DNA from: a virus
Direction: 5' to 3' (one strand)
Virus record (IMG/VR): IMGVR_UViG_3300032291_001597
Location: 68,625-132,624 of that record
Length of the DNA: 64,000 nt
This document shows positions 1 to 7,765 of the stretch, piece by piece. The translations under genes were made by a program, and so were the position numbers. The notes beneath the pieces are model-generated. The model searched no databases. It was not told where the DNA came from and worked only from the letters and a program-made list of their open reading frames with translations. Every line of letters begins with the position of its first letter. Positions within the stretch are counted from its first letter, which is position 1.

Positions 1-17
1 AGGAAAAAGGAGTTGAA

Positions 18-251
18 ATGCCTGAGAACAAATCAAAGTGCTACTACTGCGATGCCGAAGACTTTAACGACAAAGAGTTGTGTGCCGAGACTTACAAGGG
101 CGAGTTAAATCACGCCGAGCAGAAGTGGTGTGAGTATTGCGAAGAGCAACCTGTCGACAATCAAGACGGGGACAACGACCACTGCGCTCAGTGCTACTAC
201 GAGTGGAAAGCCGAAGAGCGTGGTCGCAACTGGGATTACTACCACGCCTAA
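18..251 (+). CDS. Small Cys-rich hypothetical protein (possible Zn-binding)
   Basis: SD AGGAG upstream; three CxxC motifs (CYYC, CEYC, CAQC). Confidence 0.75.
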   Translation: MPENKSKCYYCDAEDFNDKELCAETYKGELNHAEQKWCEYCEEQPVDNQDGDNDHCAQCYYEWKAEERGRNWDYYHA

Positions 252-270
252 AAAATCTTTTACGACACGC

Positions 271-299
271 TTGACAAATGTCAATTAGTTCATAATAAT
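271..299 (+). promoter_or_regulatory. Putative sigma70-type promoter whose -35 is half of the palindrome TTGACA-AA-TGTCAA
   Basis: TTGACA 271-276; AT-rich but non-canonical -10 (AATAAT) at 17 bp spacing; intergenic. Confidence 0.45.
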
Positions 300-334
300 A
301 GTTATGTAGTCAAACAAACTACAAAGGAGAAGAA

Positions 335-553
335 ATGAAGTATGTAATCCGCCGAGCAATCGCGTCAGTAGTTCTATCACCTGTGGTGGTAATCGCTTAT
401 GTAATTTTCTATGCCGTTCTAGTTGGGCTTGGCGCTCAGCCGGGAAACAATGTCGAAGGCGTTATTGCTAATGGTTGGCTCATCGCTCTCGGAGTTGGAG
501 TGGTATTCACTTTCTGGACTCAGATACAGAAACTAGTTAGCGGGGTGAAGTAG
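335..553 (+). CDS. Small membrane protein (2 hydrophobic segments)
   Basis: SD AAAGGAG; hydrophobic stretches VVLSPVVVIAYVIFYAVLVGL and WLIALGVGVVFTFW. Confidence 0.8.
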   Translation: MKYVIRRAIASVVLSPVVVIAYVIFYAVLVGLGAQPGNNVEGVIANGWLIALGVGVVFTFWTQIQKLVSGVK

Positions 554-642
554 TGCGGGAGATTATCATCGCGCTCGCGGTCTTCAATGTAATCGCTGGT
601 GCCTACCTATTCGCTTGGTCAATCAAGCAAATCAAGAAATAG
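553..642 (+). CDS. 29-aa single-TM micro-protein (MREIIIALAVFNVIAGAYLFAWSIKQIKK), not in the ORF track
   Basis: GTG start overlaps the previous stop (TAGTG); one TM helix with a basic tail; fills the gap exactly. Confidence 0.6.
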   Translation: MREIIIALAVFNVIAGAYLFAWSIKQIKK

Positions 643-656
643 GATAGAATAAAACT

Positions 657-911
657 ATGACAAAGCCAATTTTTGAAATGGAATCTGACGAAGAAATCGT
701 TCAGTATCTCACCGAATCTCAGACAGATTGGGAAAATGGTCTTACCGACCTACAAAATCTCAACGAGTATCCAGACGATGAACTGCTAAACATCTATTCA
801 GCAATGGAGTATGTGCGAGAAGCAAAACTTGGTTCTGAAATCAATGGAGATTTTGAAAAGTCAATTCTTGGTGAAGCAAGTCGCCGACTTGGGTTTATCC
901 CGTTTAAATAG
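657..911 (+). CDS. Hypothetical acidic protein
   Basis: Open frame; TAGAAT 6 nt before ATG suggests a leaderless start. Confidence 0.75.
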   Translation: MTKPIFEMESDEEIVQYLTESQTDWENGLTDLQNLNEYPDDELLNIYSAMEYVREAKLGSEINGDFEKSILGEASRRLGFIPFK

Positions 912-939
912 AAACAAAAAGAAAAGGACAAAAGACAAA

Positions 940-1158
940 ATGAAACTTACAAAATCAGACTGGTCTGCTATTAGCGCCACGATTTATGCCTTAGTTGGGG
1001 TGTTCGCAATGCTCGCGCTAGGCAACATTCTTGGCACGCTCAATCCGCTCAATGTGTTTCTGTGCTTAGGCGCAATCATTATCTGTCTAGCACTGGCTAG
1101 TTTGGCAAAAGAAAAGTCACTAATTGAAGCCGAGTGGGAGTCAGAAGATGAAGTCTAA
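940..1158 (+). CDS. Small membrane protein (start moved from 811 to ATG 940)
   Basis: SD-like AAAGGA upstream of 940; two hydrophobic helices; avoids overlap with the previous gene. Confidence 0.75.
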   Translation: MKLTKSDWSAISATIYALVGVFAMLALGNILGTLNPLNVFLCLGAIIICLALASLAKEKSLIEAEWESEDEV

Positions 1159-1351
1159 GTGGTTCAAGTTCTGGTATAGAACTTTCAAAACTTGGAGCAA
1201 CTATCACTACCGAATGTTCCACGCTTTCTCTTGGCTGTCCTATAATGCTTATGATAAAGTCAAGCGAGACTTGCGGAGACACGAACGAGTCCGTGATGGG
1301 TTGCTTACAATATTCGCGCGATGGGTGCGGAAACTAGTCAGGAGAAGGTAA
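1148..1351 (+). CDS. Small basic Arg/Trp-rich hypothetical protein
   Basis: ATG 1148 overlapping the previous gene end; MKSKWFKFWYR... Confidence 0.6.
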   Translation: MKSKWFKFWYRTFKTWSNYHYRMFHAFSWLSYNAYDKVKRDLRRHERVRDGLLTIFARWVRKLVRRR

Positions 1352-1352
1352 G

Positions 1353-1493
1353 TTGGAAATCTTTTTTATAGTCTTAGGGGCAATAGCACTTACGCTGGGT
1401 ATTTTTGTCGTCGCCACGCTTGCGCTTGGTCTATCAATCATTAGAAATGCGCCGAAATGGTTCGAAAACGCAGAATATGGCGACGAAGACTAA
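1353..1493 (+). CDS. 46-aa single-TM protein (MEIFFIVLGAIALTLGIFVVATLALGLSIIRNAPKWFENAEYGDED), not in the ORF track
   Basis: TTG start 1 nt after the previous stop; GGAGAAGG SD; long hydrophobic helix. Confidence 0.65.
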   Translation: MEIFFIVLGAIALTLGIFVVATLALGLSIIRNAPKWFENAEYGDED

Positions 1494-1519
1494 AAATTAG
1501 ATGCCGATGGTCCCAGGGT

Positions 1520-1564
1520 AAAGGGGTAGTCGGTTATCCGAGCGAAATCGTCGATTCGCGCTCG
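1520..1564 (+). promoter_or_regulatory. Tripartite conserved motif, copy 1 (AAAGGGGT-N4-GGTTATCC-N15-TTCGCGCTCG)
   Basis: Same three boxes with identical spacing recur at 3825-3865 (+) and 7281-7325 (-). Confidence 0.6.
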
Positions 1565-1575
1565 CAAAACTCGAC

Positions 1576-1604
1576 TTGACAACACAATGGCTATTTGATA
1601 CAGT
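1576..1604 (+). promoter_or_regulatory. sigma70-type promoter of the deacetylase gene
   Basis: TTGACA-17 bp-TACAGT. Confidence 0.7.
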
Positions 1605-1639
1605 TATCAGGTAATCAGAAGACGAAAGGACAAAAACTT

Positions 1640-2629
1640 ATGACTACTCACCAACTAAAGGTCGCATATAGCCCCGACTACCTGAACTGGCAACTTGGCT
1701 CAGGCGATGGCAACCACCCTACTCAGCCGATTCGTGCGCGTATCGCGCTGGAGTGGCTGAAGGAAGACCTAGGCTCAGAAGTTGATGTTATCGACCCTGA
1801 TATCAAGCGAGCAGACAGACGCGAGTTGGAGACTATCCACCACCCTGCCTTTGTCAGTGAAGTTCTAGACCTTGGAGAGTGTGCCGACTGGACAGACTCA
1901 AAACCACAGATGGGACAGACTGCGCTAAAGATGTTTTCTGGAACTGCGCGACTAGTCGAGATGATTATTCGTAATCAGACAAAGATTGGCTTCAACCCAC
2001 AGGGAGCAAAGCACCACGCGCAATACCGAACTTCAGAAGGTTTCTGCGTGTTCAATGACTTCGCTTGGGCTGCCAAAGCCTTCAAGCGTGCTGGACTCAA
2101 GGTTGTTTACATCGACTGGGATGTAAACGCTGGTGATGGTGTTCAGAACTTGCTTGCCGATACAGACATTCCAACCTTCAGTATTCACGGGCACGGGATT
2201 TACCCAACTCATTCCGACACTTGGAATGGTGACTACGAAAACAAGAAGACCAAAGGAAACTACACTTGGCACAACGAAGAGAAGCACTGGTATAACTGGT
2301 GCTTGGTTCGTGGCGAAGGCGATGCTGGATTCAAGTGGGCTATCGACGAGATTGCCGAGAAGGTCGCCGAGTATCAGCCTGATGTGATTCTGCTTGCTAC
2401 TGGAGCAGATGGTCACGAAGGTGAGCGCTGGGGACTGAAATATACCTTCGATGGCTACGCCTATGCGTCAAAGGTCATCGCTGAACTAGCAAACAAGTAT
2501 GCCGATGGTCGCGTGTTGATTGGTGGCGCTGGTGGTTATCAGCCTTACACCCACACCCCGCGTATCTGGGCAAATGTCGTAAGGGACATCTATACTCAAA
2601 CTAATGAAGGAGATACTAATGCCAACTAA
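1640..2629 (+). CDS. HDAC/AcuC-family (class I/II-type) deacetylase
   Basis: Motifs GAKHHA, GFCVFND, YIDWDVNAGDG, SIHG, GADGH, GGAGGY; SD AAAGGA before ATG 1640. Confidence 0.92.
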   Translation: MTTHQLKVAYSPDYLNWQLGSGDGNHPTQPIRARIALEWLKEDLGSEVDVIDPDIKRADRRELETIHHPAFVSEVLDLGECADWTDSKPQMGQTALKMFSGTARLVEMIIRNQTKIGFNPQGAKHHAQYRTSEGFCVFNDFAWAAKAFKRAGLKVVYIDWDVNAGDGVQNLLADTDIPTFSIHGHGIYPTHSDTWNGDYENKKTKGNYTWHNEEKHWYNWCLVRGEGDAGFKWAIDEIAEKVAEYQPDVILLATGADGHEGERWGLKYTFDGYAYASKVIAELANKYADGRVLIGGAGGYQPYTHTPRIWANVVRDIYTQTNEGDTNAN

Positions 2630-2951
2630 TCAAGAGATTCGCGAACAAGGTATTGGGAGTAACTTCTCAGTGCTGAACCCCGAAGATGGTTACCGAAAGG
2701 ATAACTCTCTATGGTTTGGTAAGTGTAGCGAGTGCGGAGAGAAAGTAAGTCAGTCTCTACACCACAACTACTGGCAACACACCAAATTCTTGGAGAAGGG
2801 CTATGGCTCTAAGCAACAGTGGGAAGAGAACAGGTGGCACTCACAGGCCACTTCCACTGGCTTGGACTACTGCCCCGTCGCTAAGGGAGACCCCGACACC
2901 TGCGTAGTTTGGTACTATGACGAAAACAATGAGAAGGTTTTTGTATCATAG
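2619..2951 (+). CDS. Hypothetical protein with CxxC
   Basis: SD AAGGAG before ATG 2619; CSEC motif. Confidence 0.75.
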   Translation: MPTNQEIREQGIGSNFSVLNPEDGYRKDNSLWFGKCSECGEKVSQSLHHNYWQHTKFLEKGYGSKQQWEENRWHSQATSTGLDYCPVAKGDPDTCVVWYYDENNEKVFVS

Positions 2952-2960
2952 AATAGAACT

Positions 2961-3104
2961 ATGACCACAGAGTTACTGCCGATTCTAATATCAGTCCTAG
3001 TGCTGATATTAGTTTGGGCAGTTTTCTTTTTCAGCATTATGTATCTAATCACAGTTGTATTCGAAAAACTTGAAGAGCATAGAAATCAAAATAAGGAGCG
3101 ATGA
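2961..3104 (+). CDS. 47-aa single-TM protein (MTTELLPILISVLVLILVWAVFFFSIMYLITVVFEKLEEHRNQNKER), not in the ORF track
   Basis: TAGAAT 6 nt before ATG (leaderless-type); ~28-aa hydrophobic run and charged tail. Confidence 0.7.
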   Translation: MTTELLPILISVLVLILVWAVFFFSIMYLITVVFEKLEEHRNQNKER

Positions 3105-3105
3105 A

Positions 3106-3273
3106 ATGGGAGAAGTATTTTTTGTTCTAGTTATTGGACTAGCAGTTGTTGCCTCGATTACTTGGCTGCTCGATGGCTACAAGAAAGAACTAAGAGACCA
3201 ACAGAATAAGAGAGATGTATCCCCTATGCTGGGAGTCGTCTTACCGAACAAGAAGGACAAGAAAGATGAATAG
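3106..3273 (+). CDS. Small single-TM protein
   Basis: SD AAGGAG before ATG 3106; N-terminal TM helix and basic tail. Confidence 0.7.
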   Translation: MGEVFFVLVIGLAVVASITWLLDGYKKELRDQQNKRDVSPMLGVVLPNKKDKKDE

Positions 3274-3442
3274 TTGGATTGTTAGATTGAAAGATGTAGT
3301 TTGGACTGCTGTGTTTGCTGTCGCGCTCGCGGTAGTGGCTATTCTCGTATCACTGGTTGTGCCGAGTGCTATTTCGCTAGTGCTCGCGCTTGGGTTAGCC
3401 TCAGTTTCACTCGCCCTACTATCTTGGAGAGTCGCTAGATAG
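3266..3442 (+). CDS. Small 2-TM membrane protein
   Basis: ATG 3266 overlaps the previous gene end; almost entirely hydrophobic. Confidence 0.75.
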   Translation: MNSWIVRLKDVVWTAVFAVALAVVAILVSLVVPSAISLVLALGLASVSLALLSWRVAR

Positions 3443-3444
3443 TT

Positions 3445-3819
3445 ATGAGTGATAAGAGATACAAGGTTCCGATTCCCGTAAAGCCTGAAGACCTTTATGC
3501 CGTAAGGGAAAAGGTCAAGCCTGCTGGAGCGTTCGTCGTAGGCGGGGGAGTGGTTGATGAAGTCAGACTATCTGCTGTTGTGTATCGCAATTTGATGTCG
3601 CGCAAGTCTCTCACCATTCACCACTTACAACGCCGATTGAATGAACTTGGCTTCACTTCCGCCTATCTAGACAAAGATGGCTGGTTCGATGAAGGAACTA
3701 AGTCAGCAATTAGGTTATTTCAAGAAGCAAATGGACTAGCACCAACTGGGATGGTAGATGCCGATACTATAACTAAAATCTTCGATGGAGACCCGAACGT
3801 AGTAGTTGTTTTAGACTAA
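3445..3819 (+). CDS. Peptidoglycan-binding (PG_binding_1-like) domain protein with no recognisable catalytic domain
   Basis: LQRRLNELGF...DGWFDEGTKSAIRLFQEANGLAPTGMVDADT matches the three-helix PG-binding pattern. Confidence 0.85.
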   Translation: MSDKRYKVPIPVKPEDLYAVREKVKPAGAFVVGGGVVDEVRLSAVVYRNLMSRKSLTIHHLQRRLNELGFTSAYLDKDGWFDEGTKSAIRLFQEANGLAPTGMVDADTITKIFDGDPNVVVVLD

Positions 3820-3824
3820 AAATA

Positions 3825-3902
3825 AAAGGGGTGCCAGATTCTCTGTGCGATGTTTCCCACTCGCGAACACCTATTGCTTTTACCCCCGGCCTGAGTTATC
3901 TT
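3825..3902 (+). promoter_or_regulatory. Tripartite motif copy 2 (3825-3865) followed by a putative promoter TTGCTT-17-TATCTT (3874-3902)
   Basis: AAAGGGGT-N4-GATTCTCT-N15-CTCGCG; sigma70-like spacing upstream of the HTH gene. Confidence 0.55.
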
Positions 3903-3939
3903 TATTGACAGAAAGACTTACTAACAGAAAGAAGAAGAA

Positions 3940-4485
3940 ATGACAGAATTTCTCAAAAGAAATCAAAAATTACCACCGAACCTGATTGAAATAGTAGCAA
4001 CCATCTCGGATATGGAACTTCGCGATACCTACGTTCGTGCGCTTAGAAACAAGGGCTGGACCCTACAAAGTATTGCCGAAGCCTGCGATGTATCCCGCGA
4101 GCGCGTTCGCCAAATCTGCGAGATGCCTGAGTCCAAGTTGTTTGACTCAGTGGTAGTTCCTAGTCCGCCACTGAAGCAGATACGCGAGAAGGTTGTATAC
4201 GCAGAGCCAACAAAGGAAACTTTAGACAGGTTGCTGGAACTAAAGCCACTTGCTCAACAGGTGCGCTCTCACGCAACTCGTTATCGTGCCGAAGCAGAAG
4301 AATACACTCGCCTGCTGAACCACGCTCACAAGGTAGAAGGAGTATCGCTATACAACCTAGCCAGACATCTAGGAGTTACCTATCCCGCTATTCGATTCCG
4401 ATTGACTCGATACGGATATCTAGACGCTGGTAATGGAACTAGCAAGGTATACAACCCAATCCTTACTAAGAACCGTGCTCTCTAA
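3940..4485 (+). CDS. Tandem helix-turn-helix DNA-binding protein
   Basis: GWTLQSIAEACDVSRERVRQI (sigma70 region-4-like HTH) and GVSLYNLARHLGVTYPAIRFRL. Confidence 0.85.
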   Translation: MTEFLKRNQKLPPNLIEIVATISDMELRDTYVRALRNKGWTLQSIAEACDVSRERVRQICEMPESKLFDSVVVPSPPLKQIREKVVYAEPTKETLDRLLELKPLAQQVRSHATRYRAEAEEYTRLLNHAHKVEGVSLYNLARHLGVTYPAIRFRLTRYGYLDAGNGTSKVYNPILTKNRAL

Positions 4486-4493
4486 ATCAGAGC

Positions 4494-4534
4494 AAAAAGA
4501 AAACCCCTAGACCAAAATCTAGGGGTTTCTTTTT
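4494..4534. terminator. Bidirectional intrinsic terminator
   Basis: GAAAACCCCTAG-accaaaat-CTAGGGGTTTC hairpin flanked by A and T runs, between convergent genes. Confidence 0.9.
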
Positions 4535-4547
4535 AGTTTGCGGATAC

Positions 4548-4898
4548 TTACTTCAGAACCGAGAGCAGTTTGTCTTCCTGCTCTTTAGTTAGACCTAGAG
4601 TCTCGCCTTCGTCGTCTGCTCCACCAGTGATTACTATGTCGCCCATTATTAGGTCAGTCTTGCCGTAAGACAACTCCCACAAATATGTAGCAACAAAGTT
4701 GAATGGCAGACCATCGAGTTTGCCTTCTTCGTTACACCACATAGTTAGGTCATCTACTGGCTTCTCCAGTGGGACAGCCTGAATGTAGCCACCAACCGAT
4801 GACTTCAGGTATTGGTATTCTGCTTTGTCAGAACCTTCTGGTATCGTCTCAATAATTATTTCGCTATTAGTTGTAATGCGGATAGCCGTCTTTGACAT
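4548..4898 (-). CDS. DUF3846-like phage protein
   Basis: LKSSVGGYIQAV...MWCNEEGKLDGLPFNFVAT...IMGDIVITG pattern; SD AAGGAG upstream on the minus strand. Confidence 0.8.
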   Translation of the reverse strand: MSKTAIRITTNSEIIIETIPEGSDKAEYQYLKSSVGGYIQAVPLEKPVDDLTMWCNEEGKLDGLPFNFVATYLWELSYGKTDLIMGDIVITGGADDEGETLGLTKEQEDKLLSVLK

Positions 4899-4992
4899 CT
4901 TGTCTCCTTGTTCAATAAGCGATGATGCTTATGGAATAAGTAAACCATAATCTATCGCTCTTGTCAAGCGTGTCTTATGTAATAATAGACCT

Positions 4993-6390
4993 ATGGCTAA
5001 ATCTATTATGGAACAAATTGCGATGCTCCCCGATGATGAGCGAGCAGTCGTTCTTGCTGGAATGGATGCGGACACCCTTATGTGGGACTGGTCAGTTTGG
5101 GGAAGACCAGAGCAACAGGCTCCACAGGGGGACTGGAACATCTGGATGTATATGGCTGGTCGTGGTGCTGGTAAGACTAGGACTGCTGCTGAGTGGGTTA
5201 GAGAAGAAGCCAAATACACCAATACGGGTCAGAGAAGATTCGGACTAGTTGCTAGAACTGCTGCCGATGTTCGTGACGTTATCGTTGAAGGTGAGTCAGG
5301 AATTATGAATGTGTCTGCTCCAAGTGAGAAGCCACTCTATGAACCATCAAAGCGAAGACTCACTTGGCCCAATGGCAACACTGCCACTCTCTTCACAGCC
5401 GATGAACCAGACTCACTTCGTGGACCCCAGTTCACTCACGCTTGGGGAGATGAGATTGCTTCTTGGAGACAGACCCCAGATGGCGCTGGTATGACAGCCT
5501 TCGACAACCTTCGTGTTGGAACTCGTCTAGGCGCACACCCAAAGATTATGATTACCACTACGCCTAAGCGCGTGCCAGTTCTATATCAGTTGTTGGCTGA
5601 GAATACCAAAGACCCTAGCCGTGTAGTTATCACTCGCGGTTCAACACTCGACAACTCAGGTAACTTGTCTAACGCATACCTTGACGCAATCACTGGAGTG
5701 TATGCGGGCACTCGTCTTGCCCAACAGGAACTCTATGGTGAGATGCTGGACAATGTTGAAGGCGCACTATGGACCGATGAGTTACTGAGTAGGTATCGCG
5801 AAAACGTAATGCCACTTAGTGCTCCACTTCGCATCATAGGTGTAGACCCTTCAGTAGCAGAGAACCCAAGGGATGAATGTGGAATTGTTGTGTGTGCTTC
5901 AACTGCCGAGCGTGACTTGTATAAGCGCAATGCTTGGGTGTTAGAAGACGCAACCATCCACGGTTCACCTGAAGTGTGGGCGAACAAAGTAGTTCAGATG
6001 GCACGCAAGTGGGGTTGCCCAGTCGTAGCCGAAATCAACCAAGGTGGTGCCTTAGTTCGTAATGCCATCAATGCGATTGACCCGAACATCAAGGTGCTGG
6101 AAGTTCACTCTAAATATGGCAAAGCCCTACGTGCCGAGCCAGTAGTTCTTGGATATGAACAAGGTCGCGTTCACCACTTGGGATACCACGCAGACCTAGA
6201 GAGTCAGATGCTTGCTTGGATTCCAGGAGAAGGCAAATCACCAGACCGTGTAGACGCGTTAGTTCACGCGCTAACAGCACTGATGATTAAGCCACCTGCT
6301 GGATTCGTTGGGGGAAAACTTACTGCTAGGTCATTCGCATCTCGGAGAATTCCAGAAGCGAAGAGCACCTTCTTCAGACTTAGTAAGTAA
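4993..6390 (+). CDS. terL: Terminase large subunit
   Basis: Walker A AGRGAGKT, LRGPQFTHAWGDE (Walker B), nuclease GVDPS and PDRVDA motifs. Confidence 0.96.
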   Translation: MAKSIMEQIAMLPDDERAVVLAGMDADTLMWDWSVWGRPEQQAPQGDWNIWMYMAGRGAGKTRTAAEWVREEAKYTNTGQRRFGLVARTAADVRDVIVEGESGIMNVSAPSEKPLYEPSKRRLTWPNGNTATLFTADEPDSLRGPQFTHAWGDEIASWRQTPDGAGMTAFDNLRVGTRLGAHPKIMITTTPKRVPVLYQLLAENTKDPSRVVITRGSTLDNSGNLSNAYLDAITGVYAGTRLAQQELYGEMLDNVEGALWTDELLSRYRENVMPLSAPLRIIGVDPSVAENPRDECGIVVCASTAERDLYKRNAWVLEDATIHGSPEVWANKVVQMARKWGCPVVAEINQGGALVRNAINAIDPNIKVLEVHSKYGKALRAEPVVLGYEQGRVHHLGYHADLESQMLAWIPGEGKSPDRVDALVHALTALMIKPPAGFVGGKLTARSFASRRIPEAKSTFFRLSK

Positions 6391-6924
6391 TTACTTACGC
6401 CAGTCCTGCGGGTCGATAGATAGCAACCACTCGTTAAAGTTTTCGTTAGTTAGGGATGCGCTTCCGCGATTGTCCTTCACCAACTGGATTGCTTCTTCTG
6501 CCGAGTAGCCTTCGCGAATTAGAACCAATGCGGTTACTATCCCTGAGCGGTTCAGTCCTGCTTGGCATCTAACTAGGACTCGTTTACCACGCTTCCAATT
6601 AGAGTGCGCTACTAGAACTATGTCCCGTAGGTCTTCGACATCGAAGTCAGTCATATCGCCGTCATAGATGCCGAACCTAATCTCCTTCACCCACCAGTCC
6701 ACAGGTTGTGCCGATGAATACATCGTCACTACTAAGTCGAAGTCTTCAGGGGTAATGAAAGCACCAGAGCCGAACCTTTGTGTGCGGACAGTGTCAGTTG
6801 AGTCAGTGCCACCTTGCCACAGACCCGGAGCAATCTCATCCCAGAGTCTCATAGGCATACGGTGACCCTTGTAGGTCTCGTTAGTCAATGCCGATAGGCT
6901 TGTGTTAGTTAGGTTAGTTGTCAA
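6391..6924 (-). CDS. Dual-specificity/PTP-like (CX5R) phosphatase
   Basis: P-loop VLVRCQAGLNRSG; LWQGG N-terminal motif; TTG start at 6924 with SD GAAAGGA (alternative leaderless ATG at 6951). Confidence 0.9.
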   Translation of the reverse strand: MTTNLTNTSLSALTNETYKGHRMPMRLWDEIAPGLWQGGTDSTDTVRTQRFGSGAFITPEDFDLVVTMYSSAQPVDWWVKEIRFGIYDGDMTDFDVEDLRDIVLVAHSNWKRGKRVLVRCQAGLNRSGIVTALVLIREGYSAEEAIQLVKDNRGSASLTNENFNEWLLSIDPQDWRK

Positions 6925-6957
6925 TTCAGATTTCCTTTCGTAATTTCTCATAACCCA

Positions 6958-6986
6958 ATGTTATCGAGTCATATCTCGTCTGTCAA
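6958..6986 (-). promoter_or_regulatory. sigma70-type promoter of the phosphatase gene
   Basis: On the minus strand TTGACA-17 bp-TAACAT. Confidence 0.7.
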
Positions 6987-7280
6987 GTCAATGCCGATAC
7001 TTATTTTGGCTTCGGCACGTCTTATGCCGATAGCCCCTTCTTATGCCGTTGATGATTTTCAATACTTGTCTCCCAACCAATTCGCAAGCAGAGTTGATGA
7101 CTGGCCCGATGACTTTGTTATTTCATAAGCAATAAACAACCAGTTGGAAGCCCTTGCTTCTCCCCCAAAACTTGTAGACATCCTAGGAACCAGTTATCTA
7201 CTAGCAATCACATAGCAATAAGCCCAGTTGTCTTCTAGTTTCAGCCCATAACCAGAGAACCAGAAGCCAAAAAGAAAGGT

Positions 7281-7325
7281 CGAGCGCGAACGACGGGTGG
7301 TTACTGGAAAACCATAGACCCCTTT
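7281..7325 (-). promoter_or_regulatory. Tripartite motif copy 3
   Basis: Minus strand AAAGGGGT-CTAT-GGTTTTCC-N15-TTCGCGCTCG. Confidence 0.6.
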
Positions 7326-7336
7326 TTATCTCACCT

Positions 7337-7416
7337 GAGGCAGCCAGGGAGGCAGCCAGGGAGGCGGCCAGGAGGCTATTTTTAGGCTATTTTTAGGCTT
7401 GTTTTGGGCTTCTTCT
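7337..7416 (+). repeat. Short tandem repeats: 12-bp GAGGCAGCCAGG x~3, then 11-bp AGGCTATTTTT-like x~4
   Basis: Read directly from the sequence. Confidence 0.85.
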
Positions 7417-7443
7417 AGTCTTCTTAGGCTAGTCAAGGGCTAC

Positions 7444-7472
7444 TTGACTTGTTTTTTGGCTACTTTTATGAT
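7444..7472 (+). promoter_or_regulatory. sigma70-type promoter; -35 inside the palindrome AGTCAAG-N5-CTTGACT
   Basis: TTGACT-17 bp-TATGAT. Confidence 0.65.
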
Positions 7473-7500
7473 AGATTAGACATCTCAAAAGGCTCACTCG

Positions 7501-7610
7501 AAGCCCAAACCAGCCAAAACCCAACAAAACAATCCAAAACGACCATTTTTGGAGTCAAAATCGGCACTCAAAACGGCATTTTGACGGCATTTTTATGGCA
7601 TTAGGAAACA
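7501..7610. other. Helically phased A/T tracts (predicted intrinsically curved DNA)
   Basis: CAAAC/CAAAAC/TTTTT tracts recurring about every 10 bp. Confidence 0.65.
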
Positions 7611-7765
7611 ATTTCGGTTTGGCTTAAACCCCACGATACCCAACTCGCACGCCAAAGCCAAAATACGATAATGTATCATTTTTCTAATCAGTCCCATTAT
7701 GAAAAACGCCCCTCCCGGATTTTTAGAAAAATTCGTCCCAATACAGATGCTAAAATAGATACATT

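Noticed and set aside
3445-3819. Endolysin
   Set aside because: Only a PG-binding domain plus ~50 N-terminal residues; no amidase, peptidase or glycosidase motif.
4993-6390. Intein or intron in terminase, polymerase or helicase
   Set aside because: All have normal lengths and uninterrupted motifs; no C/S...HN splice signature or homing endonuclease was seen.
7059-7181. 40-codon minus-strand ORF (MSTSFGGEAR...) in the non-coding gap
   Set aside because: No properly spaced SD, no motifs; expected by chance.
7337-7416. Short direct repeats as a mini-CRISPR array
   Set aside because: Units are 11-12 bp, contiguous, and have no unique spacers.
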